This document shows, piece by piece, positions 23,723 to 35,709 of a DNA stretch of 64,000 nt. The notes under the pieces are model-generated. The model was not told where the DNA came from. It made no database searches and was given only the letters and a program-made list of their open reading frames with translations. A program made the position numbers and the translations under genes. Within the stretch, counting starts at the first letter, position 1. Every line of letters begins with the position of its first letter. This stretch comes from Hydrolagus affinis (taxonomy: Eukaryota): the NCBI GenBank assembly GCA_012026655.1, contig JAAILG010001327.1, forward strand, positions 1 through 64,000, read 5' to 3'.

Positions 23723-23828
23723 GATTCGGATGATCTGCCTGAGTCTGTTCTCTTCTGTCTGGAACGAGTGAAGAGTAGAACCGAAGAGTTTGAAAAACTA
23801 TTCCTTGAAGATTTGGAAGACATAGACT
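23723..23828 (+). CDS. LRRIQ1: LRRIQ1 exon (DSDDLPESVLFCLERVKSRTEEFEKLFLEDLEDID)
   Basis: 106 nt; ttttag| acceptor, T|GTAAGT donor; phase 0 to 1. Confidence 0.92.
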
Positions 23829-23914
23829 GTAAGTGTGTATCAGTTTATCAGTTTATAGCTTGTGCTTTTCCATCATCCTGAAACTGGCACACTGAACTCT
23901 AAATGCTCTCAACT

Positions 23915-24450
23915 GAGACTTGTTTGACCCTCAACTGTCCTTTCTACTCCACATCTGTGCCATGACCCGCTCTGCCTTCCCTACCTCTGCAACATTGCTC
24001 AGCTCTGCCACTGCCTCGCGCCTCGGAGTGCTGAAACTTAGATGTGATAAATCCATACATCTAGGCTCGACTATGCCAACACTGCTTGTGAACATTCCCA
24101 ACTCTTCCTTCCACAAACTGAAGATCATTCAAAACTCTGCAGCTCATGTCCTCTCGCACACCAGGCTCCGTGACTTTATCACCTGCAACCTCGCTTGGCT
24201 CTAATGTCTCCCATTCTCCAGAGGTTGGAGTTCAATATCCTCTTCCTCACCCTTCAAAGGCCTCCATGGCCAAGCTCCTTTCTACCTCTGTAACTTGCTA
24301 ATGCCATATCAACCAGTACTATCCCTCTGTTCAGCAGGCTCTGGCCTGTTTCTTGTCTCCCGCCCAACCCACCCTACCATGAGTGGCCAGGCTTTCAGCC
24401 TCTCTGCCCCCACCCTTTGAAACTCCATCCCACAAACCCTTCGCCTTGCT
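23915..24450 (+). mobile_element. L2 LINE fragment
   Basis: Translations FDPQLSF and KLKIIQNSAAHVL. Confidence 0.85.
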
Positions 24451-24457
24451 ATGAGTA

Positions 24458-25310
24458 ACAACAACTACACTAAAAATTACATTCATAGAGCACCTTTCAA
24501 GTCGGGAGAATGTCCCAAGGCATGAAAAATTCAGGTTGGGATTCGAGCAAAGGGGAAGGGTAGGGTAGGGAGAGAGTTGGGAGGGCAGCTGAAGGTACGA
24601 TCGAAGACGAGGGTCTTGAGACTGGCCTTGAAGAAGGCAAGGGAGGCAAAGGGAATGTGGGATGGAGTTCCAGAGTGTGGGGGCAGAGAGGCTGAAAGCC
24701 TGTCCACCAATGGTAGGGTGGTCAGGCGGGGGACATGGAGTATACTGGAGCCCCCTGAACAGAGGGGGCAGGCAGGTTCATAGGGAGACAGCAGGTCGGA
24801 GAGATAGGAGAAGGCCAGGTTGCGAATGCCCCCCATCTTTCCCCCCATTTTCCCCTAGAACCACTTCCATGACTGTTTGTGGGACACTGCTGTGTGCAAA
24901 TTGGCTGCCGCATTTCGCCCACAAATATACAGTCAATTTTCCTACTCTTCTTCATCCGGCCCCTCCCCCTTCCCCCCTGCTTTTGTCCCTACCTAACTGT
25001 ACAGCGCCTTGGGATGTCCTCTCGACGTGAAAGGCGCTATATAAATGTAAGTTTTGATTGCTTGATTGCTTGATTGATTGATTGATTGAAAGTGAGGAAA
25101 GTGATCCTCTATGGGATGGGAGCCAATGGAGCCGGGCGCAGGTGGGAGTGATGTGGTCGCGGAGCTTTGTGAGGGAGAGGATACGAACTGCAGAGTTATG
25201 GATGATCTATAGCTTATGAAGGGAAGAGCCATGAACGCCGACAAGGAGGGAGTTTCCATAGTCGAGCCTTGATGTAACGAATGCATGGACAAGGGTTTCG
25301 GCACCCTGAG
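24458..25310 (-). mobile_element. L2 LINE 3' fragment interrupted by a composite element
   Basis: YLSDLLSPYEP...FKASLKTLVFD at 24460-24825; continues at 25090-25310. Confidence 0.85.
24830..25088 (+). mobile_element. Composite retroelement, one-unit copy
   Basis: Same core, C-rich spacer and GACGTGAAAGGCGCTATATAAATGTAAGTT(TTGA)n tail as the 22.6 kb copy. Confidence 0.85.
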
Positions 25311-25397
25311 GAGAGTAAGTAGTTATATCAAATACAATGGTTATTATTATTATTATCATTTGCCCTCAGAGGACTTTTTATATATGTTTATATCCAG

Positions 25398-25495
25398 ATG
25401 CTGCTTATAAAGTTGTCCATTTTGATGAATCAGAGAATTTGACAGAATTGGCTGCAGAGATCAGTGAGGAGGATCCTTTAAACATGAAGGAGAGG
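25398..25495 (+). CDS. LRRIQ1: LRRIQ1 exon (YAAYKVVHFDESENLTELAAEISEEDPLNMKER)
   Basis: 98 nt; phase 1 to 0; ccag| acceptor, AGG|GTAATT donor. Confidence 0.85.
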
Positions 25496-26472
25496 GTAAT
25501 TCTATTTTTCTTTGCAATATTTAGTGAAACATCCAAGACATTAATTAGATTCTTGTGCTGAGATAACTGTTGATTTGGCTTAAACTTTAAGGTAGTTATT
25601 TCCATCACTGCCTATACTCAAAGCTGCCAGTTCTCATCTGTTATGTGAACTCAGATCTGATGGGGCTTTAGCCAGAATTCAATGCTCCTCAGGCTCAGTT
25701 GGTTCTACCTCCAGTGTTAGGTACTACTATTGCTTGGTAGCTCTGTGTTCTTTACTTGGTTTGCTTGGGACACCTAGCTGGCAGGACTTGGGAGCAGTTT
25801 CTCATATAGTTCTGATTCGACCAAGCATCCACTTGACTTGCATGAAAAGCTTCTACGTAGTTGAAAGTGGGTGAAGATCACTTCCTGCTCAGCAAAGGGA
25901 TTTGATTTCATTGTGACTCCAGGTTTCCAATGAAGTCAACCGTGAATTCAGGAGGTTTATTAGACTATATATTTCTGAGTATTTCAAAGAGGGTAATCAA
26001 CAGCTGGCATAACGTATTATAAAAAGGGCAATAGAGTCTTGGATAGGTCGCTGGCCTCATTTTAGAAACAACTTGATTCTGTCATGGAGGAATGTTGGTT
26101 ATGATTCTGGAAGAATGAGATTTAAGCTTTCCAATTCTGAACCTCTCTTGTGAACAGCAAAAGGAAAACTGAGTTGTCTTCAAATAGACTTCAGAGAGAG
26201 AGTGAAGCTGAACCAGGTATAAAGTGACTGGGTTGGGATGTATCTAAATATCAGAGAGATGCAGGAATAAATAAATTGAAACGGTGAATAATGAAATTGC
26301 ACATCCACTATCATTGTTCAGAGCAATGGGTTCAGAACAGATTGTGGTGCAAGAAAAGCAACTCAGTATGGTGGACATGGTAGTCTGGAAGTGGATCGAA
26401 CTGAAGAATATTAGCTCTCTAGGCAGCAAAATTAGTGATATAAACAAAATCAAAAGGTATTATTTTCTTTAG

Positions 26473-26590
26473 GTGCAAATAGAGGATAACGAACAGACAG
26501 CATTGGCTCTCACAGAAGACCACAAGGATATAAGACTCAATTTACAAACCGACACAGCTGACCAGAGGAACAAGGATGAAACAATATTAG
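26473..26590 (+). CDS. LRRIQ1: LRRIQ1 exon (VQIEDNEQTALALTEDHKD...DETIL)
   Basis: 118 nt open frame; ttttctttag| acceptor, G|GTAATT donor; phase 0 to 1 fits both neighbours. Confidence 0.8.
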
Positions 26591-27304
26591 GTAATTAGTC
26601 TCTATGCCTTGCAACAAAATGCATATTAGAAATATTTACATAAGAAATAACTGCCTCAAATAGTGTTTAGACACTCCTGACAATTCTCAGAAATTACATG
26701 ATTTGTGTAAGCATTTATTGAAAAAAAATAATTCTGCAACAAGTTAGATTCTTGGGTCGGATCTGGAGTGGCATCTTGCCCGAATTTTACTGCTGGTGTT
26801 GAATGTTTTCAGCATAATACAGTGTGTTAGCACAAACTCAGGAATTTGATGCTTGTACACAATATTAGATGCATTATTTAGAATACCAGACATGACCATA
26901 GTGCCAAAACATCACATTTCTGGTTTGTAATCTCTAGCCTGCTTCATTCAAACAGCAGCGTTTAAATTCATTTATTTCAGAAGTTTAAAGTGTAATATAT
27001 GCTGAGCTGCAGGTTAAGAAAAACAGAAATGAGGTGGCATTACTGCAATAAGCAGTGCAAGCATTGTTGGGGTCTAAAAGCTTTTAAACCTGTTCAATGA
27101 TGGAATGTAAAACTCAGAAAAAGAATTGGCCCATTGTGTCAGTGCTGATGCCAGACTCACCACTTCCCCATATCCTTCAATATAATTTTTCCCGATGTCT
27201 TTATCCAGTTATCTTTAAATGAAGATATTAATCCAGCTTCAATGAAGTATTACCTGCTACATAATGACTATGTTACTACAATGATTCTCTAATTTTAGTT
27301 CTAG

Positions 27305-27627
27305 TACTCCTGTAGCTCAGTGGTTAAAGCACTTGTCTTGCAAGCTGGGGAGACCTGTGTTCGAATCCAGGCAGGTCAGGGCGAAACCTTGGGCAAGTTT
27401 CCTTACTCCACACACCTAATAATAATCCCTCCAAAAAAACCACAATAATAAAATTGATCATTTCAATCCACGACTGTGTGTGGGACACTGCTGTGCGTAA
27501 TTGGCTGCCGCAATTTGCCCACAAATATATAAAGTCAATTCACTTTACAGTATATTCTGTGAAGCGCTTTGGGACATTGATAACATGTGGAAACCGCTAT
27601 ATCAAATGCAAGGATTATTATTATTAT
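27305..27627 (+). mobile_element. tRNA-headed short SINE, full length
   Basis: A box at 27313-27323, B box GTTCGAATCC at 27359-27368, core and (ATT)n tail. Confidence 0.92.
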
Positions 27628-28013
27628 GTTTGAATTTGGATTAACCATATTTATACAATTTCAAGGCATTAGTAGAAATAATCTTTTCAATTCCATAGAA
27701 AGATATTCAAGTTTGAACATACTATTTTTTGACCAGGATTTGTTTACATTTCTGATGGCATTTCTACCTTGATTTGCCTTGAACAATGTTTCACAACTAT
27801 GTGTTAATTGTTCAAGTACATAGAGGGAAGAAAAAATAACACAAGATGAATATTCAGGGATGCGTTACCAAAATCAGATCATGTCATTCTGGGAGTTTCA
27901 ACGTTAGGAGAATTCTTGTAGTTTTGACATTCCCATTTCTGCATTCAGCATGAATGAGAACAGAAAAAAAAACTATTGACAAATAAATATTCATTTATTT
28001 CCCCATAATGAAG

Positions 28014-28240
28014 ACGATGAAGAAGATGACCTTATGTCTGAGCACCGAGAAGTAGAGAAACAATGTTGGCTAGCCCTCCAGCACTTGGAGATTGAACAAA
28101 TGGAGCTGCAGAAAATCCAACAAGCAAATCTGATAGAACAGAAAGAGCAAGAGAAGAAACAAGAAGACGAAATAGAAATGATAAAAATAAGACAAAAGCA
28201 ATTTAAAGAGGAGCTAGAGAAATTTACTAAAGAAAGACAG
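28014..28240 (+). CDS. LRRIQ1: LRRIQ1 exon (DDEEDDLMSEHREVEKQC...EKFTKERQ)
   Basis: 227 nt; phase 1 to 0; CAG|GTAAGA donor. The acceptor (gaag| at 28013) is less certain. Confidence 0.85.
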
Positions 28241-28483
28241 GTAAGATTTATGTGGTGCTACCTGTATGACACAAAATGATTGAGGAACTGGTACTTTTAG
28301 TTCATTTGACATTATTAGCTTGTTTTGTGCTTTGGATGAGTTTGTGTGTCTCATCGGAAGTATACTGCCAGCACTTTGGGGGTACTAACTAGCCCAGTGT
28401 TACAATTTGATGCTTAGAAATCGTATGGAAAATTGGTAAAATCACAATTTAGACATGAAGATGTCAGTCTTCTGCATTCTAGG

Positions 28484-29279
28484 CAGTGGCGAAGCCAGGT
28501 TTTGCAACTGATGGGGGAGGTGGGCTATCAGTGGTGACACCGTGTTGCTCTTCACACTGCCTCATATACAGGCAGACCCCACCTAATGTTGCTACGCTTA
28601 ACGTTATTTTGATATTAGTTGCTGATACATTGGGAACATATAGTCATTTAACGTTGTGATGTTCGCTATTATGTTGTTCGCATGGATGGAAAGGGGGCAC
28701 AATGGTGCTAGGACCTGGCAGTGAGCCAGGCCAGCAGAGAGAGAGAGAGAGCCAGCCAGCAGCGAGTGAGACCAGCAGTGAGTGAGTGAGCCAGGCAGGC
28801 AGTCAGGGAGCGAGCATTATGGTTTTTGTTTAGAAAATGTTGACGAAAAATGTCCAAAAGAACCTAGCTCCAGTTTTTACATTCATTCTTATGGGAAAAA
28901 TGTATTCACTTAACATCATTAAGGACACTATATAAATCAAAGTTGTTGTTGTAGTTTCACTTGAAGTCGCATTGTTCAAGAACAAAACTACAACATTAAG
29001 AGGGGTCTACCTGTATTCGGCTCCTTGTGCCACCTCATACTTCCCACTCCGACTCACTTCCCGTAGTTTGTCAAGCTGCACTCTCTTCTTATAGCTCATG
29101 GTGCTGTTTCATACTTTCCACTTCCCTCTTGCTGTCACTCTCCAAGCTGTATTGTACACATAAAACCTTGTGAGAGGCAATGCCGAGCATGACAGAAGGA
29201 GAGGCAGAGGTGCAACATTTACACCTCAGTGATACTGGGGGAGTGGGGCGGGTTGCCTCCCCCATTACCTCTGCTACTG
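28484..29279. mobile_element. hAT-type non-autonomous element
   Basis: Ends CAGTGGCGAAG / CTCTGCTACTG; 8-bp flanking duplication ATTCTAGG / ATTCTGGG (7/8 match). Confidence 0.65.
28569..29013. mobile_element. Tc1/pogo (Tigger-like) MITE nested in the hAT element
   Basis: TIRs CAGGCAGACCCCACCTAATGTTG / CAACATTAAGAGGGGTCTACCTG; TA on both sides. Confidence 0.85.
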
Positions 29280-29626
29280 ATTCTGGGGCTTGATTGACAA
29301 GAAACATATGCTTTGGAGTTGGTTTCCAATCATAGAAGAGAACGGATGCACTATATTAGATATAAGAAAAATAATTAACTATACAATACTGTAGTTCTAA
29401 ATAGGGGAAAGGAAATGAGGGTGAGTGGAAATAGTGTTTTTATTTTTAGTTTATAGTAATTGTGTTTAGGATTAGTATTACTATAATAAAGTAACTCCTG
29501 ACATGTGTATAGCTTTATTATTATTAATGTTAAAAAGAACAAGTCACAGAGCTTACAGTTTCCTCGGACCTGAGGGAGGGAAAGCGTCATTTTATATTGT
29601 TTGACTTTGGTGACAAGGAGCTTGCA

Positions 29627-29860
29627 TAATAATAATAATTCTTGCATTTGATATAGCGCTTTTCACGTCTTCTAGATGTTTCAAAGCGCTTCACAGAATA
29701 TACTGTAAAGTGAAATGACTGAATTTGTGGGTGAAACTCGGTAGCCAATCGCGCACAACAATGTCCCACAAATGGTTGTGGATTGAAACGACCCAATTTT
29801 TCTTTGAGGGATTATTATTTGGTGTGTGGAATAGGGAAACTTGACCAATATTTTGTCCTG
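29627..29860 (-). mobile_element. tRNA-headed SINE with truncated head
   Basis: Reverse match to the SINE core and tail. Confidence 0.85.
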
Positions 29861-30636
29861 CTAGGAATGGCTTTTTCGACTTCTGGTTTTGTGTTTTAAC
29901 ACTAATAAAAATTGTTGCATTTGATATAATCCAATGGGAAGCCTCTAGTTATTCTACTTAAGTTAAGGATTCTACTTAAGTTAAGATGTAGCTCACTTAA
30001 AAGTGACCACATGGGAAGGATCCCACAGCATAATTGGACAATTATTGGCAAGGATGACCATTTTAGCAACTGAACTATGGAATATTTTTGAATTTGCTTC
30101 AATTTGTAAGATGATTTTTTTTGAAAGCACAGTCTTCCTGAATAAGGTTGAATGTTAATAATTATCTGTAATCCTGCACTGTCTTAAATGTGTGTTAAAA
30201 CTAAGTTGAATTTCAGACTCTTGAATAGGCTGACACAGCCACAAGGATAGAAACTGCAAATGTTCCATTGATGCAGCAGGTGGTGCTCTTGTGGGTTTGA
30301 CATGAAGCCAGATTGCTTCTACAATGTGGAGGCATCTGGGAGGCACAGCTAGACACATATTACAAACACTGAAGAATGTTTAATTTCCCAGTAACTGACA
30401 TCTCTCATCATCATGAGGACAAATTCAGTTTGAAAAACAAAATAAATAACAGCAACAGTTAATTCTTGCCCAAATGATTTTTTTTTATCATGGGTCCTAC
30501 TTTCAGTAACATCTAGATCTGAAAAAGGGGAAAAAACATACTTTGCAGCTTTTGCTTGTTCATGTTTCACTTGTGTATAAATGCTCGTACCTGTGTTCGG
30601 TTAACTTTATGACTGAAGTGTGTTTACTTTGATCAG

Positions 30637-30711
30637 GAAACGGAAGCCAAACTGGAAGAGCAAATCCAACAGGAACAAGAGGTTTTGGAACAAGAGCTGA
30701 GACATCACAAG
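30637..30711 (+). CDS. LRRIQ1: LRRIQ1 exon (ETEAKLEEQIQQEQEVLEQELRHHK)
   Basis: 75 nt; tcag| acceptor, AAG|GTAGGG donor. Confidence 0.87.
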
Positions 30712-31581
30712 GTAGGGGATCAGAATAATACCTCAGTGACACATAGTAAGCAGCAATATTAAGTTATATATTTTTATTAGAATTATGAAATGCTTTTCAC
30801 AAGCCATTATAATTAAGTGTTTTGTCTTTTACAACAATACCTTGCATTTATGTAACACCTTTCAAGCAAGACTGTGTCTCACAACACTTTTATGTCTCAC
30901 ATTACACCTGTTCACCTCACAATTGCCTGGTGAGCATGCTTACTTCCTATTCTTTTTTTTGTTGAATTTAAAATAACAAACATAAGCAAAATATTGCCTT
31001 GAAATATGGGGCATACGAAAGTTGAATTACAAAGTAGAGTAAATAAGCAAAAGAACAGAATAATCAAGGGAAATGTATGAAGCAGGTATGTAGTCCAGTT
31101 TTAATGAGAAAATTAGAGAGATAGGTAAGATCAAGGATGTGAAGGAATTTATAAAACCTTAAAGGACCTTAAAGTTAATTCATTGGGAGCCAGATGAGGA
31201 TTGGTGGTGATGGCTGTGCTCAGTCTGGTGCAAGTGAGGATATGAGTGGCATTGGCAGATGGAACAGAACAAGTTGCCAGCTAGCAAATGAGGGGATTGT
31301 GTGTGTTGTGTGTATGCACAAATGTGTGTGGTTGCCACAGAGATATAAACATGACAGATATAAAATGTTCCAAGTACTCCTAGCCTGTTTTAGAGAGGAG
31401 TTTTGAATTCTCTGATGTAATTACAATGAAAGAACAGTGCCAACTTGCTGTGGTACATATGTCATTTTTTGGCCACAGATGAACTAAGAAAAACAGTCAC
31501 GTTTTTTTTAAATCTGTTGAAGGGAATTAAAGTTTTTTAAACAATAAAATATTTATTAATTGATTGTTTTTAAAAACCTAG

Positions 31582-33318
31582 GAATTGATTAAAACACTGC
31601 AGAGCAAAGTGGATGAAGAGAGACGAGCTTTTGAAGACCAGGAGGCTAAAGAGAAAAATCGAGTGAAGGCATTGCAAAACAGCGCGGCAACAACAATTGA
31701 AAAACAAATTCGGGCACATCTAGTGTATAAAAAATATGCTCCAATACTGAAGGAGAGGCGAGAGGAAAGGAAGAGGGAAAAAGAGCTGAAATTAAAAAGA
31801 GAGGCAGAGAATAGAAAGGAAGCAGCAGCAAAGTTGAGAAAGGAAGAAGAAGAGCGAAGGAAGCTTGAATTTGAGAAGGAAAAGGAAGCAGAACGTGAAA
31901 AGCTGGAAAAGGAGAGACAGTTGAAGAAACAGCAGGAGGAAGAGAAAAGGAAAAAACAGGAGGAATTACAGCGAAAGAAAAAAGAAGAACAAAAAAGAGA
32001 GGAAGAAAGAAAGTTGGCAGAAGAGAGAAGGAAAAGGGAGGAAGAAAGAAAATTATTAGAAGACAGAAGGAAAAGGGAGCAACAGCAAAAATTGTCAGAA
32101 GAGAACAAGAAAAAGGAGGAAGAAATAAAGTTGGCAGAAGAGAGAACGAAAAGGGAAGAACAGCAAAAATTGGAAGAAGAGAGAAAGAAAAGGGAGGAAA
32201 AAATAAAATTGGCGGAAGAGAAAAAGAAAAGGGAGGAAGAAATGAAGTTAGCAGAAGAGAGAATGAAAAGGGAGGAACAGCAAAAGTTGGCAGAAGAGAG
32301 GAAGAAAAGAGAGGAAGAAATAAAGTTGGCAGAAGAGAGGAAGAAAAGAGAGGAAGAAATAAAGTTGGCAGAAGAGAGGAAGAAAAGAGAGGAAGAAATA
32401 AAGTTGGCAGAAGAGAGAAAGAAAAGAGAGGAAGAAATAAAGTTGGCAGAAGAGAGAAAGAAAATGGAGGAAGAGCAAAAATTGGCAAAAGAGAGGAAGA
32501 AAAGGGAGGAAAAAGTAAAGTTGGCAGAAGAGAGGAAGAAAATGGAAGAAGAGAGAAAGAAAAGGAAGGAAGAAATAAAGTTAGCAGAAGGGAGAATGGA
32601 AAGCAAAGAAAAACAATGGAAAGAAATGTCATTTGAAGAGAAGGATAGGCTAAATCAAGAGGAAAGTATTAATATGAACAAAATCAGGGATAACGAAACT
32701 GAGCAAAATGCAAGTCTGTCAGGGAATTTGCCTGTGATGTTACATCGGGGTGAATGTGAGCAAGTGTCACAAGGTTTTGATAAACCCAATGCTTTTAACA
32801 AAAACAAAGAAACAGCAGTACAGAGTGCAACTCAATTGGCCACAGATACAAATTTTGAAATGGATCTTCCTACTCGAAATTCAGTGAAAAACACAAAAGA
32901 AAATATGCATAGATATAAAGTGACTACCATGCCAACAAAAAGCAGTGGTTTTGTGCAAGTGACCAATCCACATGTTTTCACAGACAGTCTCCCAAGAAGA
33001 GAAACATGTGAAATGAAATCGGTATTAAATACAGACCATATTAATTGTCGCAATGAAGATCCATTTGAATTAACCCAAAGTGTAGCTCATAAATTAGAGA
33101 TGAAGTCCCGAGCCAGGGCACTTACTTTGCCTAATCATATTGAGCAAAAGAGACTAACTTGGATCAAAACTTGTACGCCTTGGTCCAGAGTTCGCTGGGG
33201 AAACAAGGTGAAAAAAGTGAAGCAAAGAATTAGACCTCGTAAAAGTTCAGCCAGCCAATTGCCTGCTTTGAATCCTGGGTTAATACTCCAGTCAGGGAGC
33301 TGGACTACACTTCAGCAG
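31582..33318 (+). CDS. LRRIQ1: LRRIQ1 large exon: IQ-like motif, ER/K-rich repeats, linker, ending GSWTTLQQ
   Basis: 1737 nt open frame (ORF 31585..33468); ctag| acceptor, CAG|GTACAT donor. Confidence 0.95.
32011..32590 (+). repeat. 39-nt coding tandem repeat (KLAEERKKREEEI, about 15 copies)
   Basis: AAGTTGGCAGAAGAG-like starts every 39 nt from 32011 to 32518; the copies at 32284, 32323 and 32362 are identical. Confidence 0.95.
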
Positions 33319-34499
33319 GTACATTTCTTACCGTCAATCACTATTGGTGTTCCCGAGAAATGTTTCATTACTGATTCACAGTTCACCCGCACGTGTATTA
33401 CCATTAGCCACCAGTGTTTTAGTATTATTCACAGCAGTCTGTTCAGGCAATTAGGGTTAAAGCTCTGATCCTTTGCAGTTCACTGCAACCAAACCTCAAT
33501 GGTATTATAAAGCAATTTTTCTGAACAGTGAGTTCTTTGTATTTTGCATATTTTTGGTAATTTACTTCCACCTTTCAGCACCCTAGAGTCTCCTCCTACC
33601 ATACACTTCTTGGCTGAGAGGTTAGGCTGGACTATTGCTCCCAAGGCTCTATGAATGTTGTTGTATAGCAAGCTGTTAGAAGTATGTGGAAAGGGGCCAA
33701 CAGGGACTGGTTTTCTGATGTTTTTAAGCCTCTTCCTTCTTTTGGAGCTCTGTCTCTTCCTGCTTGATGCTGCTGCTAGGGAACCCATTTGAAAAGGGAA
33801 CTCACTGAGTAATGACAGACATCAATGAGTCTCCAAAGTTGCAGCTTTTTACCGCTTCTATGAGTTATGTCACTCTCACTTGGGGCACTTTTTTCTAATG
33901 GTTGAATTCCTCTGATAATGAGAATCTTGAAAAATTTGTGATTTCTAAATATGTTCTACTGAATTAATATATATATTTTTAATCCTTACATCTAATATAG
34001 CTCCTTACATGTCAGCAGAACATCCAAGCTCACTTTACAGGATTTACTGACGTGTGAACATGGGCCGAAGGGCCTTCTTCATTTGAGTGTGTGATGATTG
34101 TGACAATATCTTGTGATAATTCAAAATCACTATTGTAACTTGTATTGTGTAGGCAAACACATCAACTATTTTGCCCGCAGCAATGTATCACAAAATGACA
34201 ATTTTTATTGAAGAGATTGTTGGGCAGGACACTGGGAGAAGCACTCTTCTCTCATCAAGCATTACCATGTAACATTCACCTAAACAGCTAGACAGGACCT
34301 TGGTTTAAATGTCTCATCCGCAGAACAACAACTATAAAAATACAGCTCCTCACACCCCCCCACAAAACTGCATTGGACCGAAGAGTCCAACTTTGTAGGC
34401 AAATTGCCTGCTTGCCTACAAAGTGACAGTCACTACACCTGATACTTTAGCAGTTATCTATGAAGCATTTTTGTGTCATTTCATCTGTCCATGTGAACA

Positions 34500-34770
34500 G
34501 ACATTATGAGTAAACTGAGGTCCTGCCTATTTGTTCAGGTGGACGTTACTGATCCCATGACAGAATTACAAAAGAGAAGTGAGTTTTTCCCGGTATCCTG
34601 GCCACAAAATAAAATTAATCACTCATTCCATGGCATTTTGTGGTACATTGCTGTGTGCAAACTGGCTGCCATATTTTTGCCCATAAAATACACAGTAAAT
34701 CCTCTCACAGTATAACCTGTGAAGCACTTTGAGACATCTCAAAGGCTTGATAAGGCACTATAATAATAAT
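34500..34770 (+). mobile_element. Deu-domain SINE 3' part
   Basis: TAAACTGAGG...CAGGTGGACGT...GATCCCATGAC...TCCTGGCCA, then core and tail. Confidence 0.7.
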
Positions 34771-35556
34771 AATCCTTGCATTTGGTATAGCTATATCAAA
34801 CACAAGGATTATTATTTATAAGTGCTATATCTGATGCAACGTTTATTTATTATATCAATTAATTGGTATGGGTTATCTGCAAAGCTGGTTGAAGTCAAGA
34901 AGCTGGAATATTTAAGAAACTGTTTGATACTGTTATGGGAAGATGACAGTGTGTATATTCTGGAAGGATGAGATCAAATGAACCAATGGGTCTTGAACCA
35001 AATCTCTTCATATGTTTTTTCCTGTTCTGGTAAAGATTTTAAGTGACTGCTTTTATATGCTGACCCAGCAGTCTTATTAATGCTGCTTTTTAATATATTC
35101 TTTTACGCAAATTATGTGCTTCGCTAACATCGTAACTCCCAGGTTATTAGATCAAATTCTGATATGCACTATTAAATTAATAATTATTGTTAAACTTCAG
35201 ATTAAAATGTTCATTTTGGATCATATGGGGCAAATCCAAATATTTGGGGCTTCACCTTTGGAACCAGAACCAAGTGTGAAGCACATTTGGTAACATTTTG
35301 ATTGGGGACCATGTGAAGTGAATTTGAAGCCAAATCTAAAGTTGAAGTGTTGTTCAGAAACTCTCTGAGCAACCTGATAGATGTCAGATAAATATCCAGA
35401 TGGCTAGGAGCAGAATTGACAAATTGGATCGCTTAATAAAACGAAAATAGCAGAACTACCTGACAGTTCAATAATAATAATAACTATTACAAGTTAGGAA
35501 AAAGCTCTTCCAGCACAGGTTATTTGTGTGCACTGAAACTGAATTGTTCATTTTAG

Positions 35557-35709
35557 GTTACAACAGTTACCCTTCGAGATTTGCCTGGCTGCAACCTATC
35601 CACTCTCGCCCAGTGCCCAAGCCTCAAGTCATTAACAGTCCGAAATTGTAGACTGGAAACACTGGAGGGAATCAGTCAGTGCAAAAGTTTAAAGTACATT
35701 GATGCACAG
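35557..35709 (+). CDS. LRRIQ1: LRRIQ1 exon (VTTVTLRDLPGCNLSTLAQC...LKYIDAQ), LRR
   Basis: 153 nt; ttttag| acceptor, CAG|GTAAAA donor. Confidence 0.95.

Noticed and set aside
27305-27375. tRNA-like sequence with A and B boxes (also at 10072 and on the minus strand near 11240)
   Set aside because: No proper acceptor stem, and it continues into a repeated core and tail; these are SINE heads, not tRNA genes.
31578-32632. Long antisense ORFs (342 aa, 328 aa)
   Set aside because: Shadows of the purine-rich E/K repeat on the plus strand; low-complexity F/S/L translations.
33319-33468. ORF extension past the large LRRIQ1 exon
   Set aside because: A good donor at 33318 joins in frame to VTTVT at 35557; the extension is intronic read-through.
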